Position numbers and translations under genes: made by a program | From: Macrostomum lignano | Taxonomy: Eukaryota | Direction of reading: 5' to 3' | DNA length: 64,000 bases | Assembly (NCBI GenBank): GCA_002269645.1 | Contig: NIVC01001846.1 | Span: 20,573 to 84,572, forward strand | In this document: positions 12,019 to 23,700 of the stretch, one piece after another | How positions within the stretch are numbered: the stretch's first letter is position 1 | How the letters are laid out: each line of letters opens with the position of its first letter | The notes under the pieces: model-generated | The model's input: the letters and a program-made list of their open reading frames with translations, nothing else | Database searches by the model: none | What the model was told of the DNA's origin: nothing

Positions 12019-13603
12019 TATCTGCAGTTTGCATGGACAGAAGCAAGATAGTACAACAGTTGTAGTGTAGAGATTTAGAAAAGAAAAGAAGGGAAGGAAA
12101 GAGCTAGGGGGTGGCTTTTATTTACAATAACAATTGTAGCAATAAATCTTTGGCATTGAAATCTACTCCAAGTTATGAGCATATTTTTAGTCCAACTGCA
12201 GGGCAATCTTATAGATATTAAATTGTTAAAAAGCATAAATTATACCTTTTTTCTCTCTATATTTTCACCATATTTTTCTCATAGTCTATCTGTATCTACA
12301 TCCATAGCTAGTAAACTTTCTATAACTGTAGGATATACATATATTACACTGAGACCTAAACTATGATAGATGCCTTGAAGAGGCAACTGAATGCTATGCT
12401 TGCGACCATGCTGCATGTAGTATTCAGAGTATGTAGCAATCTAGGTAGCAAGACCAATGCCACACTATACAAGGGTACACTAGATATGGCCTTTTGATCT
12501 ATTTTTTGGGTGACCTACCTTGCTCTATAGACAAATAGACTACTTATGCATATATGTTAGGCTAATATACTATGCATATACACACTATTGTGGCATCAAA
12601 AGTCTCTGTTTCCTACGTCTTCAAATCTTTATAGGGATCTAAGAGCTCTTTAAAAGTGATAAAACATTCCATCTTAACTTTAGCCCTTATCACCTAACTA
12701 CCAGTATGACCATCAAAAATATAAATAATTAATCTAAATATACTAAATCTCTAATATAGTACTAAAAATAGCTTAGACAAAATCAAACAACAAATACCAT
12801 TTAGATAGAATAAAATTAAGTAAAAAGTTAGAATTTATATAACAATAAATATGTTGAGTTATTCATATTGTTTTTAGAGTTAAAAACTTCAAATAGGGGC
12901 CTATTTTAACCTAATGAGACAAAAGTAGACATTGCTTTTAGCAAAGGAAAAAATATATATAAAACACTCATGGCAATAAAGTAAATAATTGTCACTGCAA
13001 TAGGATAGGATAAAAACTTGTATAGTCAATGGTAAATTAAATGAAATAAATAAGATTTTAACAAGATGGCTAGAATCAATCAATGGATAATTTAAAAAGA
13101 TCATAAAAATATTATAGAAAGTCATTGACTACTTTTTCATAATGGTATTAATTAAACTATTCAATTTAATGAAAATAAACTAAATATTTAAGACTTTTCA
13201 AATAATTTATTAATTTATTCTTACTTCTTTATATAGGAGATAGTTGGCTACATGGTATATCAATTTGTCAGTTCAATTTATTGATTGATTTTTCAACTTT
13301 GTTGTCTATTCTTATAAACAATTTTAGCAACTAGTAAACTATAAAATGGCTTTATGGCTATCAAGCGCATAGCTAGGATTCTTGTTAGAGGAGGATAAAA
13401 ACATAAATCTATCTCCAATAGAAACAATAGAAGCCAAACACAAAGGTAGAAAAAAGTTTTCCCTTTAGCAGGTAGTGTTGGGCACTATTAATAAAAATCT
13501 TAACTCATGTTAATGGCAAAAATGTTAGCATTAAAACAAAAAAAATTTTTTTATTTTTATTTGTTTTGTTTGCTAAAAATTAACTGATAATTGTTATTAA
13601 GCA

Positions 13604-13796
13604 TAGTAGCACAACCAGAAATTTTTTGAGGGGGGGGGCAGATTCTGAAGGTAAAGTCCTAGGAAGGGGGGGGGGGCAGTGGAGGGGTGGCTCTGTTTTT
13701 GGCAAAAATTTGCTTGGTCCCCCATTTGATTTTTTTTGGTCTTCCACCTAAGGGGGGGCAATCGTCCCCCAGCCCCCCCCCCTGGTTGCGCCACTG
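13604..13796. mobile_element. Degenerate hAT-type MITE
   Basis: Right end CTGGTTGCGCCACTG; left end TAGTAGCACAACCAG is a decayed CAGTGGCGCAACCAG. G/C-run interior. TSD not conserved. Confidence 0.55.
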
Positions 13797-14273
13797 ATTT
13801 TCATTAATCTATTAAAGCTAACATATATTATATAAAATATAGAAATCTTACACTTTTTTCCAAAATAGATTTTAAAATGCACTGTTATATACATTGTATT
13901 GCTTTTTTAACTTTTTAACAAAACAATAAACACAGAGGTCATCTAAAAGTAATTTATAAGCTAAAAAGTAATTAATAATAATTAAAATCTTGTGTGCATA
14001 ATACTACTAAAAATAAGCATAAAGTAAAGAATTAACTTATTTATTTGAAACTTTAAGCTAATTAGTTATTAATAAAAATGTTCCTATGTTGTATGAATAT
14101 TAAGATTGTTTCAATAGCATTAGCAGGCATAGCAGAAAGTTACAAAACATAGGGAAAGATGGAATAAAAGCAATTAATGCTCACATGCAAGCAATAAAGT
14201 TCACAATTTTAATTCATTATTAAAGTTAATTAGTAAGAAGCTGCTACATTTGTATAATTATCCTCATAAACAA

Positions 14274-14542
14274 CAGTGGCATAGCCAGGGGGCCAGGGGG
14301 GCCGACCCCCCCCCCCCCAACCAATCGCCAGGGGGATGGGGTTGGGCGCGGGGAATACCAAAAACCATGACGGCATGAGGCAATTGAGTGCCTGACAGTG
14401 ACTGCCTGCAGCGCCGAAATGAGAGCCTGCGGCGCCAAAATGAGTGCGCCAAAAGTGGCAATGGCATAAGGCATGGTATACCGTATGGCCAGCTAGGCCA
14501 ACCCGCCCCCTCCCCAAATTGAAATTCCTGGCTACGCCACTG
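14274..14542. mobile_element. hAT-type MITE, 269 bp
   Basis: TIR CAGTGGCATAGCCAGG / CCTGGCTACGCCACTG with perfect 8-bp TSD ATAAACAA (14266-14273 and 14543-14550). Confidence 0.9.
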
Positions 14543-15561
14543 ATAAACAAAGAGATTAATTAGGCATTTAGGTAAATTCGGACTTCTTGAACTTTAGTTA
14601 GGTACGTAAAATACTTCCGATTTTCCGATTTTTCTAAAACTTTTGCCAGAGTTTTAGAGCCTTCCAAAGTGATAATAAAGCAAAGAAAACTGCAAAACAT
14701 TACCGTCAGAGTTAACAGGAGCACAATTTGTTAATCCCCAATGTAATTATCATTTGATGCAAGTAGTTTCGGAGAATTGTATGTTTGAAAATTAAACTTT
14801 TTTAGAATCATGGCTCTCAAAGGTAAATATTGTCTGAAATTATGATAAATTCATTGTAAAAAACATTTAGGGCGTTAAATTTTTAACTCTAATAAAAGGA
14901 GTGTCTATTCTAATTTATCTTCACTCAGTTTGTTATAGTGCATCAGGATGCTACGGACCAAATTAGTGTTTTTAAAAAATGCTGACTCACGGTTCCCGCA
15001 TAGAAAATGGAAGCCATATTCGCTAGTTTAAAATCACTTATTCTTCCATGTTAGCCAGCCAATCAGGTAAGTCGGAAGACGTTCCTAGTTAAAGTAGGAA
15101 GACAGAAGAATTGTTTAATTTAATAAGCGTCGCGAAAATTTAGGAGTTAATCGGGAATTTCATATTTAGAAGCCCTGACGCCGAATCTCAGCCGTATTTT
15201 GCTCGCCGTAGCAACGCTAGCTCTCACACTATTAAATTTAACAAAAGTACATAACTCTTATCACGGATACAAGTCTGTTTAATGACAAAAACGTTGAATT
15301 TTTTCTTAATTTTTACACGGTCTCCAATCTTGATTATTTCTTTATTTAATTTTAACCATAATGTAAGAAAAATGAACAGTGAGCAGTGGAGATGCGCGTG
15401 GGAAAGAGCAATGCGTGAATGTATTTACGATATGTCTATAAGTAGAAACTGAAGAAAATAAGCAATATAAAAAAGCTGTTTTTTGGGAATCGCATTTATA
15501 TCCAAATTTTATGTTATAAGATTTTTTGTAAATGAATGCAGTTAGCTGACACACTTAGCTT

Positions 15562-16723
15562 CTAGGGGGCGAGCAGCTCGTTGAGTATGTCGCCGCGGAC
15601 AGCTAGCGTCTTCGCCATTTCAAGCTGGGCCTCAGTACTGGCGGAGGATTGACGATCAATAGCGTACACAGTAGAAACATTGAAAAATCGGCCTCCAATG
15701 AAATTTTCACCAATTCTGAGTCTTGCGTCCTTCTACTTAAGTAGTACTTGTATATAGGAGCCGGAGTCGCATGTAAGAGCATCACGATCTGAAATATGAT
15801 AATAAACAGCAAATATAAATGTGCCGTTGAAGTTTAACTTTTATAAATGGCGAACCTTTAGTGCGCTTTTATTATTATAAAATTGCAAAACCTAAAACTT
15901 CAAATTATGATAATCATTTCTTTATATTTGCAAGCAAGTGACAGACATTGTTAATTAAGTTTGAAAAGCCTTCATACCTAATAGTTCGATTAGCAGCTCC
16001 TTAGTAACAAAGCTTGGTGGCTGCCGTAGCATCGATCGCAGCATTAGCCTGAATGGCGATGTCGAGTCGCTGTTTGTTTATTGTTACGGCCGGGAGCTCA
16101 TCATCCAGATTACATGTACATGCCGCCTCATCGCCGTCCTGTCCAGTCGCGATGCCATTTTGCTCCTCCATCAACCTGTCCTGTGGTTCAGCCTCAGGCG
16201 TGTTTTCTTGTGTAGCCTGTCCAACCGTCCTACCACCGTGACTCTGGGCGCTGCACAATTCGATCAAATTATCGAGCTTTTTGTTCATCTGCTCCAGTCG
16301 CACGGTTGCCGATTGTCGGCGCCACTAAAAGGTTAGGGAAATTCATTAAAAAAACATAACACAAATACTGTACCGCTAATACCACATTTTCTCATCTATA
16401 GTTTTGCAAGCTAGCCGCCTACTGTAACAAATAAGTGCCAGGCGCTGTCCAGCATATCATTCTCACCGTCTCTATTCCATGATTGGGAGGCAGTTCCTGA
16501 TCACCGCAAAGGTAGGCAAAGCAGGGACCATCAGAGTCCCGGGTTTTAAACTGCTCGAGGAGCGTCCAGCTACGGCTACATGTACTTTCCTCCCGTAGCA
16601 TAGACGTAGAGGAGCCTCTTCTTTGCTCCCTGCAATAATGACGCACAAGTCCTGTTCATTGACGGCTTGCATCGCATTCTGAGCAAAGCGAACTACGAAC
16701 CATTTGTTTAATTGATGCTCCAT
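15562..16723 (-). pseudogene. Spliced pseudogene, putative BEN-domain-like protein
   Basis: Three GC-rich exon blocks with phase-compatible GT-AG junctions: MEHQLNKWFVVRF...IET | WRRQSATVRLEQMNKKLDNLIELC...(fs)VTKELLIELL | DRDALTCDSG...VYAIDRQ...ELLAP*. It carries frameshifts and stops. The BEN call rests on pattern resemblance only. Confidence 0.45.
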
Positions 16724-17504
16724 GTGCAACCTGAAATAACTGCAAGGACAGTGAAAATAAAATTAGTCATATTTTTCGATGGTACTGCACTATTTTTGTG
16801 AAGCACATTTTTTATTAGCCTTTGTGTTTCTTCTACCAACTTTGGCAGTTTTACAACTTTACAGTTAGTACTTTTTAAACTTTCTACTTGTTCCAGACAT
16901 ATATACCTATGTTATTCAAGAAAACTATGATTGCTTTTGATGGCTTCTACATGCCCAACAGCTTATACATTGCTTTTTATCTGACATGATAAAGCTAGAA
17001 GTCAATAATCACAATAAAAATATTTTATGAAAATAACAAGGACAAAATACTACTGATGATAAAAATCAAACGATGGGAGCTCAAAGTGCAAATGCAAGTG
17101 CATGCAAACAGGTTATTTTTGTGATTTAATGATTTAAAGTTATTTATTGATTTATAATGATTCAATACTGAATTCTAAATGCCTCGAAAGGAACTTTCAT
17201 TGATAAGCAGGATTTTGAGTGACTATAAAACGGTGAACCATTTTAGTTGTTTATTTCAAATATGTATGAAAAATATCTATTTAAAATGAAGCTACCTAAA
17301 AGCTGAAATAGTTCTTACATTTTAAAACTTTTGGCTGCTAAAATTGAGGATAGAGGAACAAAAAGTAATGCTTTTTTTAGATTTCTAACTATTATTTTTT
17401 ATTAGAACAATGCAATTAAAATTTGGCTAATATATATAGATTAGTATAATTATCAAACATAATTCGCTTTTGAGAAGCTAAAAGATGTTCTGTCGGACGC
17501 TCCT

Positions 17505-18439
17505 GTGCTAAGGTTGTTTGACGCCGATATGGAAGTTGAGCTTCAAGTTGACAGTTCATCGGTCGGAGTTGGTTGCGTTTTGCTCCAGAATGGACAGCCT
17601 GTGGCGTATGGATCGGCTGCGCTGACCAACACGCAAAAGAACTATGCTCAGATTGAGAAGGAGACTCTGGCCGTCGTTATTGCTTGCAAGAAATTTCATG
17701 ACTACATCTATGGCCTACCAGTAGTACGAGTGACTACAGACCACAAGCCCCTGGAGGTTATTTTTAAGCGTGACTTGCTGCATGTTCCGCCACGCATTGC
17801 TCGAATGCTTTACCAACTCAAAAGATATAATCTGCGTGTATCCTGGGCACCGGGATCCAAGATGCTGATTGCCGATACGCTTTCAAGAGCTTACCTTCCG
17901 GAGGCCGAGGCTGCTCTAGACGACGAAATTGAGGTGGAGGTGCATCAAATGAGCCTCCCGATTTCTGCCATTCGTTTGCAAGAAATCCGAGACGAGACCC
18001 GCAAAGATTCGGACTTAAGTTCTGTAGCCCGGTTTGTTCAGACGGGTTGGCCAAGCAACTTTCGGAACATTTGCCACTCTGTCCGTCCGTATTGGAGCTT
18101 CAAGGAGGACTTGACCTACAATGATGGCGTGCTGATGAAGTTGGACCGCGTTATTGTTCCAGCATCGTTGCGGCAAAAGATTCTGCAAATTTTACACGAA
18201 GGTCATGGTGGCGCGGGCAAGACGGAGGCCCGAGCTCGTCAAATTCTGTACTGGCCAGGCATGTCAGCGGACATTAAGAACTTCGTGAAGAACTGCAGCA
18301 CTTGTCAAACTTTTCAGCCGGCCAACCCAAAGGAACCGCTGTTGAACCATCAGATTCCGAATGCACCATGGACCAAGGTTGGTTGTGATCTGCTGGACTT
18401 CAATGGTGACAAGTGGCTAATCGTTACCTGTTATTACAG
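17505..18439 (+). pseudogene. Gypsy pol: RNase H and integrase N-terminal part
   Basis: Stop-free up to the nested insertion (...WLIVTCYY). Confidence 0.9.
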
Positions 18440-20301
18440 TGTAGAGAAAATAAGACTAAAAACACTAGAACTAAATTAGATGTTAAATTGAATCTAAGAT
18501 AAGCCAGTAAGTGGGCGCAGGGCCCAAACAAGTATATTTATATGACTAATTTAGAGGGGGGTTGACTCCAGATAATAAGGAGAGGGGTGAAGTGCGCGAC
18601 TGAAGAGAGAGGCGAGAATGGAGAACCAATCAGAAGGCAGCAAGGGAGAGAGAGAGATAAGAATAACAAGATTGAGCTAGACAGAGAGAGAGAAAACGGA
18701 GTAAACAGAGACAATTGAAGGTGAACTAAGAAATGACTAGGAAAGTCGCGACACTCCCCCCAAAAAATGGAACATTTTTTTGAATTTTCGAGTACCATTA
18801 CCAATTGAAATTAATGAGTTAGAATTAGGTCGAATTAAATTGAAAAACACATTCACAATAAATGGTGTATAAAACGATTTGAAAAATACATAATGACTAA
18901 GAATTTGAATACAAAAACAGTAGAGCGAATGCAAAATATTAAGACCGAATTTTAAACTTAGATTTTTATTGAGTAGATTTTGAACCAATGAGAAGACTGA
19001 AAAGACTGAATATATCCGCCCTCCCCCCTAAAAATTAGCAATTTTTAATTGTAAATGGCTAGTACAGTTTAGAGAAAACACTAACATTGTCAGTTGAGTA
19101 AGAGAGCTGAGATGAGAGAGATGAGATGAGATGAGAATCAAGTTGATGAAAAGAACAACTGGAGACGACTAGAGACAACTGGAGACACTGACAAGAGAGG
19201 AGGGGACCGAGTGAAGAAAGTTTGACAAAGACCGGTGAGATTGACTGCCGACACCGACTCCGAAGACGTGACGACGGCCCGAGTTGAATTGTGAATATGC
19301 CGCCGGCACCGACTCCGAAGACGAGACCGACAGCCCGAGTTGAAATGCGAATATGCTGCCGGCACCGACTCCGAAGACGAGACCGACAGCCCGAGTTGAA
19401 ATGTGAATATGCTGCCGGCACCGACTCCGAAGACGAGACCGGCAACCAGAGATGAGACGATTGAGAGGCCGGCAGACGAGACGATTGAGAGGCCGGCAAC
19501 CAGAGACGAGACGATTGAGAGGCCGGCAACCAGAGACGAGACGATTGAGGCCGGCAACCAGAGACGAGACGATTGAGAGGCCGGCAACGAGACGATTGAG
19601 AGGCCGGCAACGAGACGATTGAGAGGCCGGCAACGAGACGATTGAGAGGCCGGCAAGCAGAAACGAGACGATTGAGAGGCCGGCAACCAGAGACGAGACG
19701 ATTGAGAGGCCGACAAGCAGAGACGAGATGATTGAGAGGCCGGCAACCAGAGACGAGACGATTGAGAGGCCGGCAACCAGAGACGAGACGATTGAGGCCG
19801 GCTGCCAGAGAGGAGACGATTGAGAGGCCGGTAGACGAGACGATTGAGAAGCCGGCAAGCAGAGACGAGACGATTAGGAGTCGATGACGGGATGACGAGA
19901 TGACTGGTGTAGGGCTACGACTACGACGATGGCATGGCCTTTGCCAGCCTTACTGTATTGACTGAATTATTTTTCATTGGGCGCCATGTAGAGAAAATAC
20001 TAAAAACACTAAAAACTATTTAATTGGATGTTAAATTGAATCTAAGATAAGCCAGTAAGTGGGCGCAGGGCCCAAACAAGTATATTTATATGACTAATTT
20101 AGAGGGGGGTTGACTCCAGATAATAAGGAGAGGGGTGAAGTGCGCGACTGAAGAGAGAGGCGAGAATGGAGAACCAATCAGAAGGCAGCAAGGGAGAGAG
20201 AGAGATAAGAATAACAAGATTGAGCTAGACAGAGAGAGAGAAAACGGAGTAAACAGAGACAATTGAAGGTGAACTAAGAAATGACTAGGAAAGTCGCGAC
20301 A
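18440..20301 (-). mobile_element. Non-autonomous LTR retroelement (TRIM/LARD-like), 1862 bp
   Basis: LTRs at 18440-18753 and 19987-20301 with TGT...ACA ends. 5-bp TSD TACAG (18435-18439 and 20302-20306). On minus, a PBS TGGCGCCCAA follows the 5' LTR and a PPT GGGGGGAG precedes the 3' LTR. The LTR contains ATTGG and TATAAATA. The interior is short tandem repeats with no gag/pol. Confidence 0.93.
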
Positions 20302-20306
20302 TACAG

Positions 20307-21102
20307 CAACTGGATCGAACTGGCAAAGTTAGGTCAACAGTCTGGAGCTGACTTGGTGATTGCTCGAATTAAGTCGATGTTCGCCAGGTTCGGTATCGTC
20401 GAAGAGCTGGTCAGTGACAATGGGCCCCCATTCAGCTCGTTTAAGTTTCAAGAGTTTGCTGCACAGTTTGGTTTCGTGCACACGCGCTCGTCACCCGGAT
20501 ATCCTCAGTCCAACGGGATGGCTGAAAAGGCAGTCAAAGTGGCAAAGAGCATCCTGAGGAAAGCTGATCAGCCTGAAATTGCGCTAATGGAATATCGAGC
20601 TTCACCAATTAGCGGTACGAGCACCAGCCCCAGCGAGCTCATGTTCGGTCGGTTGATTCGTACGAAGCTGCCAGCAGGTGAGGAGGCGCTGCTCAAAGAC
20701 AGAACAACCGGATTCTCTAAAGCCCCGCTGCAGGCTGCTCAAAAACGGCACTACGACCAGCAAGCCCGACCGCTCTCAACACTGAATCAGGGAGATGCAG
20801 TTCGTTTTCGGCACGGTTTCAGATGGGAGCCAGCCGTTGTGACGCAAGCTAACCCGGAGCACCGCAACTACCGACTGCTGACTCAAAGCGGCAGGGAGCT
20901 GATTCGCAATCGCCGGGACCTGCGACCAGTGCCGCCGCAGCAGTCCACTGCTGAAGCCGAAGACGTCCAGCTGGCGGCCCAGGCGGCTCCGGCCGGCGAT
21001 GAGTTGGCGGCATCAGATCTTGCGGAGCCTGAAGAGCCACTCCGCCGCTCTGCCAGGGCCACAAAGGGCATTCCGCCTCTCCGCTACAGACATGACGTGT
21101 GA
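20307..21102 (+). pseudogene. Gypsy pol: integrase core and C-terminus
   Basis: Resumes in frame after the TSD (S-NWIELAKL...VSDNGPPF...SNGMAEKAV...PLRYRHDV*). Confidence 0.9.
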
Positions 21103-21378
21103 GTGATAGGGACAGTGACTTTTGTTTGTTTTCAAGGACTGTTGCATGGATTTTTTATGCAAAGATTAGGGTTAATCCGCTGACTTTGTTGCTGAGAAAA
21201 TATTCCAAATATTTTTATTCCTTATCTAAATCGAATTTCGTTGTTGTTTTTTTTGTCTAAAAATATTTAAAAAAGTATTTTTTTTTCATTTGTTTTAAAA
21301 GAAATATTTTTTGAGTTTTCGCACATGTCTAATGCGCAAATAATGAAATGTTTTGGAAGCGATAATTCCTTCGAGCCA

Positions 21379-21804
21379 TTGATTTTAATTCCTCTCGATT
21401 TTTTGCTATTAGAAAGGAGTGATTAGTGATAATTCTATGAATAATTGATTTTAATTCCTCTCGATTTTTGCTATTAGAAAGGAGTGATTAGTGATAATTC
21501 TATGAATAATTGATTTTAATTCCTCTCGATTTTTGCTATTAGAAAGGAGTGATTAGTGATAATTCTATGAATAATTGATTTTAATTCCTCTCGATTTTTG
21601 CTATTAGAAAGGAGTGATTAGTGATAATTCTATGAATAATTGATTTTAATTCCTCTCGATTTTTGCTATTAGAAAGGAGTGATTAGTGATAATTCTATGA
21701 ATAATTGATTTTAATTCCTCTCGATTTTTGCTATTAGAAAGGAGTGATTAGTGATAATTCTATGAATAATTGATTTTAATTCCTCTCGATTTTTGCTATT
21801 AGAA
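21379..21804 (+). repeat. 65-bp tandem repeat (about 6.5 copies) at the Gypsy 3' UTR/PPT
   Basis: AGAAAGGAGT recurs at 21411, 21476, 21541, 21606, 21671 and 21736. Confidence 0.95.
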
Positions 21805-21810
21805 GAGAGA

Positions 21811-21987
21811 TGTCAGTGATGCACTTGTAACTATAATTTATTGTACGCACATCTGCGCCCCAGCCGCCCCGTCCCCCAATCATGTACGTTGCTATCGATT
21901 GCTCAGCCCCCCTCGCCCCTCTATATAATATGCTTTTTGGCACTCTTGAATAATACACGTTTTTCTCTCGGTTGCACGTTCATTACA
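21811..21987 (+). repeat. Putative 3' LTR of the Gypsy element
   Basis: TG...CA ends with an imperfect terminal inversion, preceded by a purine tract, with an internal TATATAA. No 5' LTR is available to confirm it. Confidence 0.6.
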
Positions 21988-23039
21988 AATGTGTCTTTTA
22001 CTATGAAAGTTTCAAGACAGAATTCAAAAGATATATTATATAAAAATATCTTTTCTTTATAAATAGCAAGAAACACAAACCAAGGACTAAACAGTAACTA
22101 GTAGTATAGTTGCACACCTATCGCTTAGATCTTTAATTATTTTGGTTATTAATACCCTTTAAATAGTAGAAATGAACAAACGAAAGCTAATTTCGAGATT
22201 GAGGCAAAAACAGAGAATGCGCACTTCCATGTTGCTGCCGCGTCTCAGCCGCGTCAAAATTTTAAACTCATGCCCCAGATGCAGCTGTAGTAAAATCTTA
22301 TAGATTATGGTCTGAAAGTTATGTCCCAAAAGATTGCGCGCAATAATTCGACAGTTCATAATACAAGTGAATGCGCGCGCTTGTAAAATAAAAACTATCT
22401 GAGCAGCGCGCGATAACATTCAAATCTATTACTTTTCATGCTGTGTTTTATTTATGTGTGTAACAGAAGTTCAGCCTATATTTTAACTTTAAACTTAAAA
22501 ATTTATTTACAGTTAGCTAAGTTTAACAGCCATTTTTCACTTTTTTGACCGTGCTTTGTTAAAGTAATAATAAAATAATAATTGATTACACCTGCCCAAT
22601 CGGCCGATGTGCAACCGACAGCTCAGCCGCAACTATTGCGCGGCGCATCTGAAGGCATTGTTAAAGTGCAATTAATTTAAACGTCAGTTTAACTTGGAAG
22701 CGATCTTAACTGTCATTCCTAGATAAACCTTGAATATTCACAGTTTAACTTGGAATTTAACCAGGAATCGGCTTCAATTTTTTAAGCGGGTTCGCCACCG
22801 CCCTCGCCTCCTGCTTTTGATTCGCTTTGTTCTCTCATGGTTGTGACTAGCTGTACATTCTTTAAATGTTTACGTATACTTAATGTCTACTAATCTGCGT
22901 TGTCTTCTCTATTCTGAAAGGTAATTATAGCTGCTGATATCAATTACTTTGATAAGATTATAATTTTTCTCGATGGAGGTGTTTGATAACTTGCTGAATG
23001 TTTTATTTAAGCTTCATTACATTTCCACTCTGGAACCCT

Positions 23040-23700
23040 CAGTCTCCGAATTTATCTACCTAATCTACAATAGACCCCAGCCTCTATTGAAGTTAAGGTA
23101 GGTAAAATCAATCCCGATGAAGATTCTCCCTACCCTAAACCCCCATTCCCTATGTCCTATTGGTTGGTGGTTATTGGCCCACCCCCCTCATCAGACCCCC
23201 CTTAGGTTTAGAATTTACCTACCTAATCTACAATAGACCCCCATGCCTCTATTGAAGTTTAGGTAGGTAAAATCAATCCCGATGAAGATTCTCCCTATCC
23301 TAAACCCAAACCCCCATTCCCTATGTCCTATTGGTTGGTGGTTATTGGCCCACCCCCCCCTCATCAGACCCCCCTTAGGTTTAGAATTTACCTACCTAAT
23401 CTACAATAGACCCCCATGCCTCTATTGAAGTTTAGGTAGGTAAAATCAATCCCCATGAAGATTTTCCCCACCCTAAAACCCCCATTCCCCATGTCCCAGT
23501 GGTTGGTAGTTATCAGCCCACCCCCCCCCCTTGTCAGACCCCCCCTCATCAGACCCCCCCCTTGGGTTCAGAATTTACCTATCTAATCTTCAATAGATCC
23601 CCATGCCTCTATTGAAGTTTAAGTAGATAAAATCAATTCCCACGAAGATTCTCCCCACCCTAAAACCCCCCATTTCCCATGTCCCGGTGGTTGGCTTTAA
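23040..23700. repeat. Tandem array of about 4 units (163-187 bp), each containing a 64-nt stem-loop
   Basis: Hairpins begin at 23048, 23211, 23384 and 23571 (GAATTTACCTACCTAATCTACAATAGA-loop-TCTATTGAAGTTTAGGTAGGTAAAATC). Confidence 0.85.

Larger units (their letters stand above)
17462..21987 (+). mobile_element. 5'-truncated Gypsy/Ty3 LTR retrotransposon (RT connection, RNase H, integrase, 3' UTR, PPT, 3' LTR)
   Basis: AFEKLKDVLSDAPVL, VDSSSVGVGCVLLQ, YAQIEKE, TDHKPL, IADTLSR, the integrase Zn motif HEGH...CSTC, then SDNGPPF and SNGMAEKAV after the insertion. AGAAGAGAGA polypurine tract precedes a TGTCAGTGA...TCATTACA LTR. Confidence 0.9.

Noticed and set aside
21379-21804. CRISPR-like appearance of regular arrays (also 6091, 9695 and 36885)
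   Set aside because: Units are head-to-tail with no unique spacers, no cas genes are present, and the DNA is eukaryotic.
15316-22553. CACGGTC...GACCGTG as Chapaev-like TIRs enclosing the BEN-like gene and the Gypsy
   Set aside because: Only 7 bp of inversion and no matching TSD.
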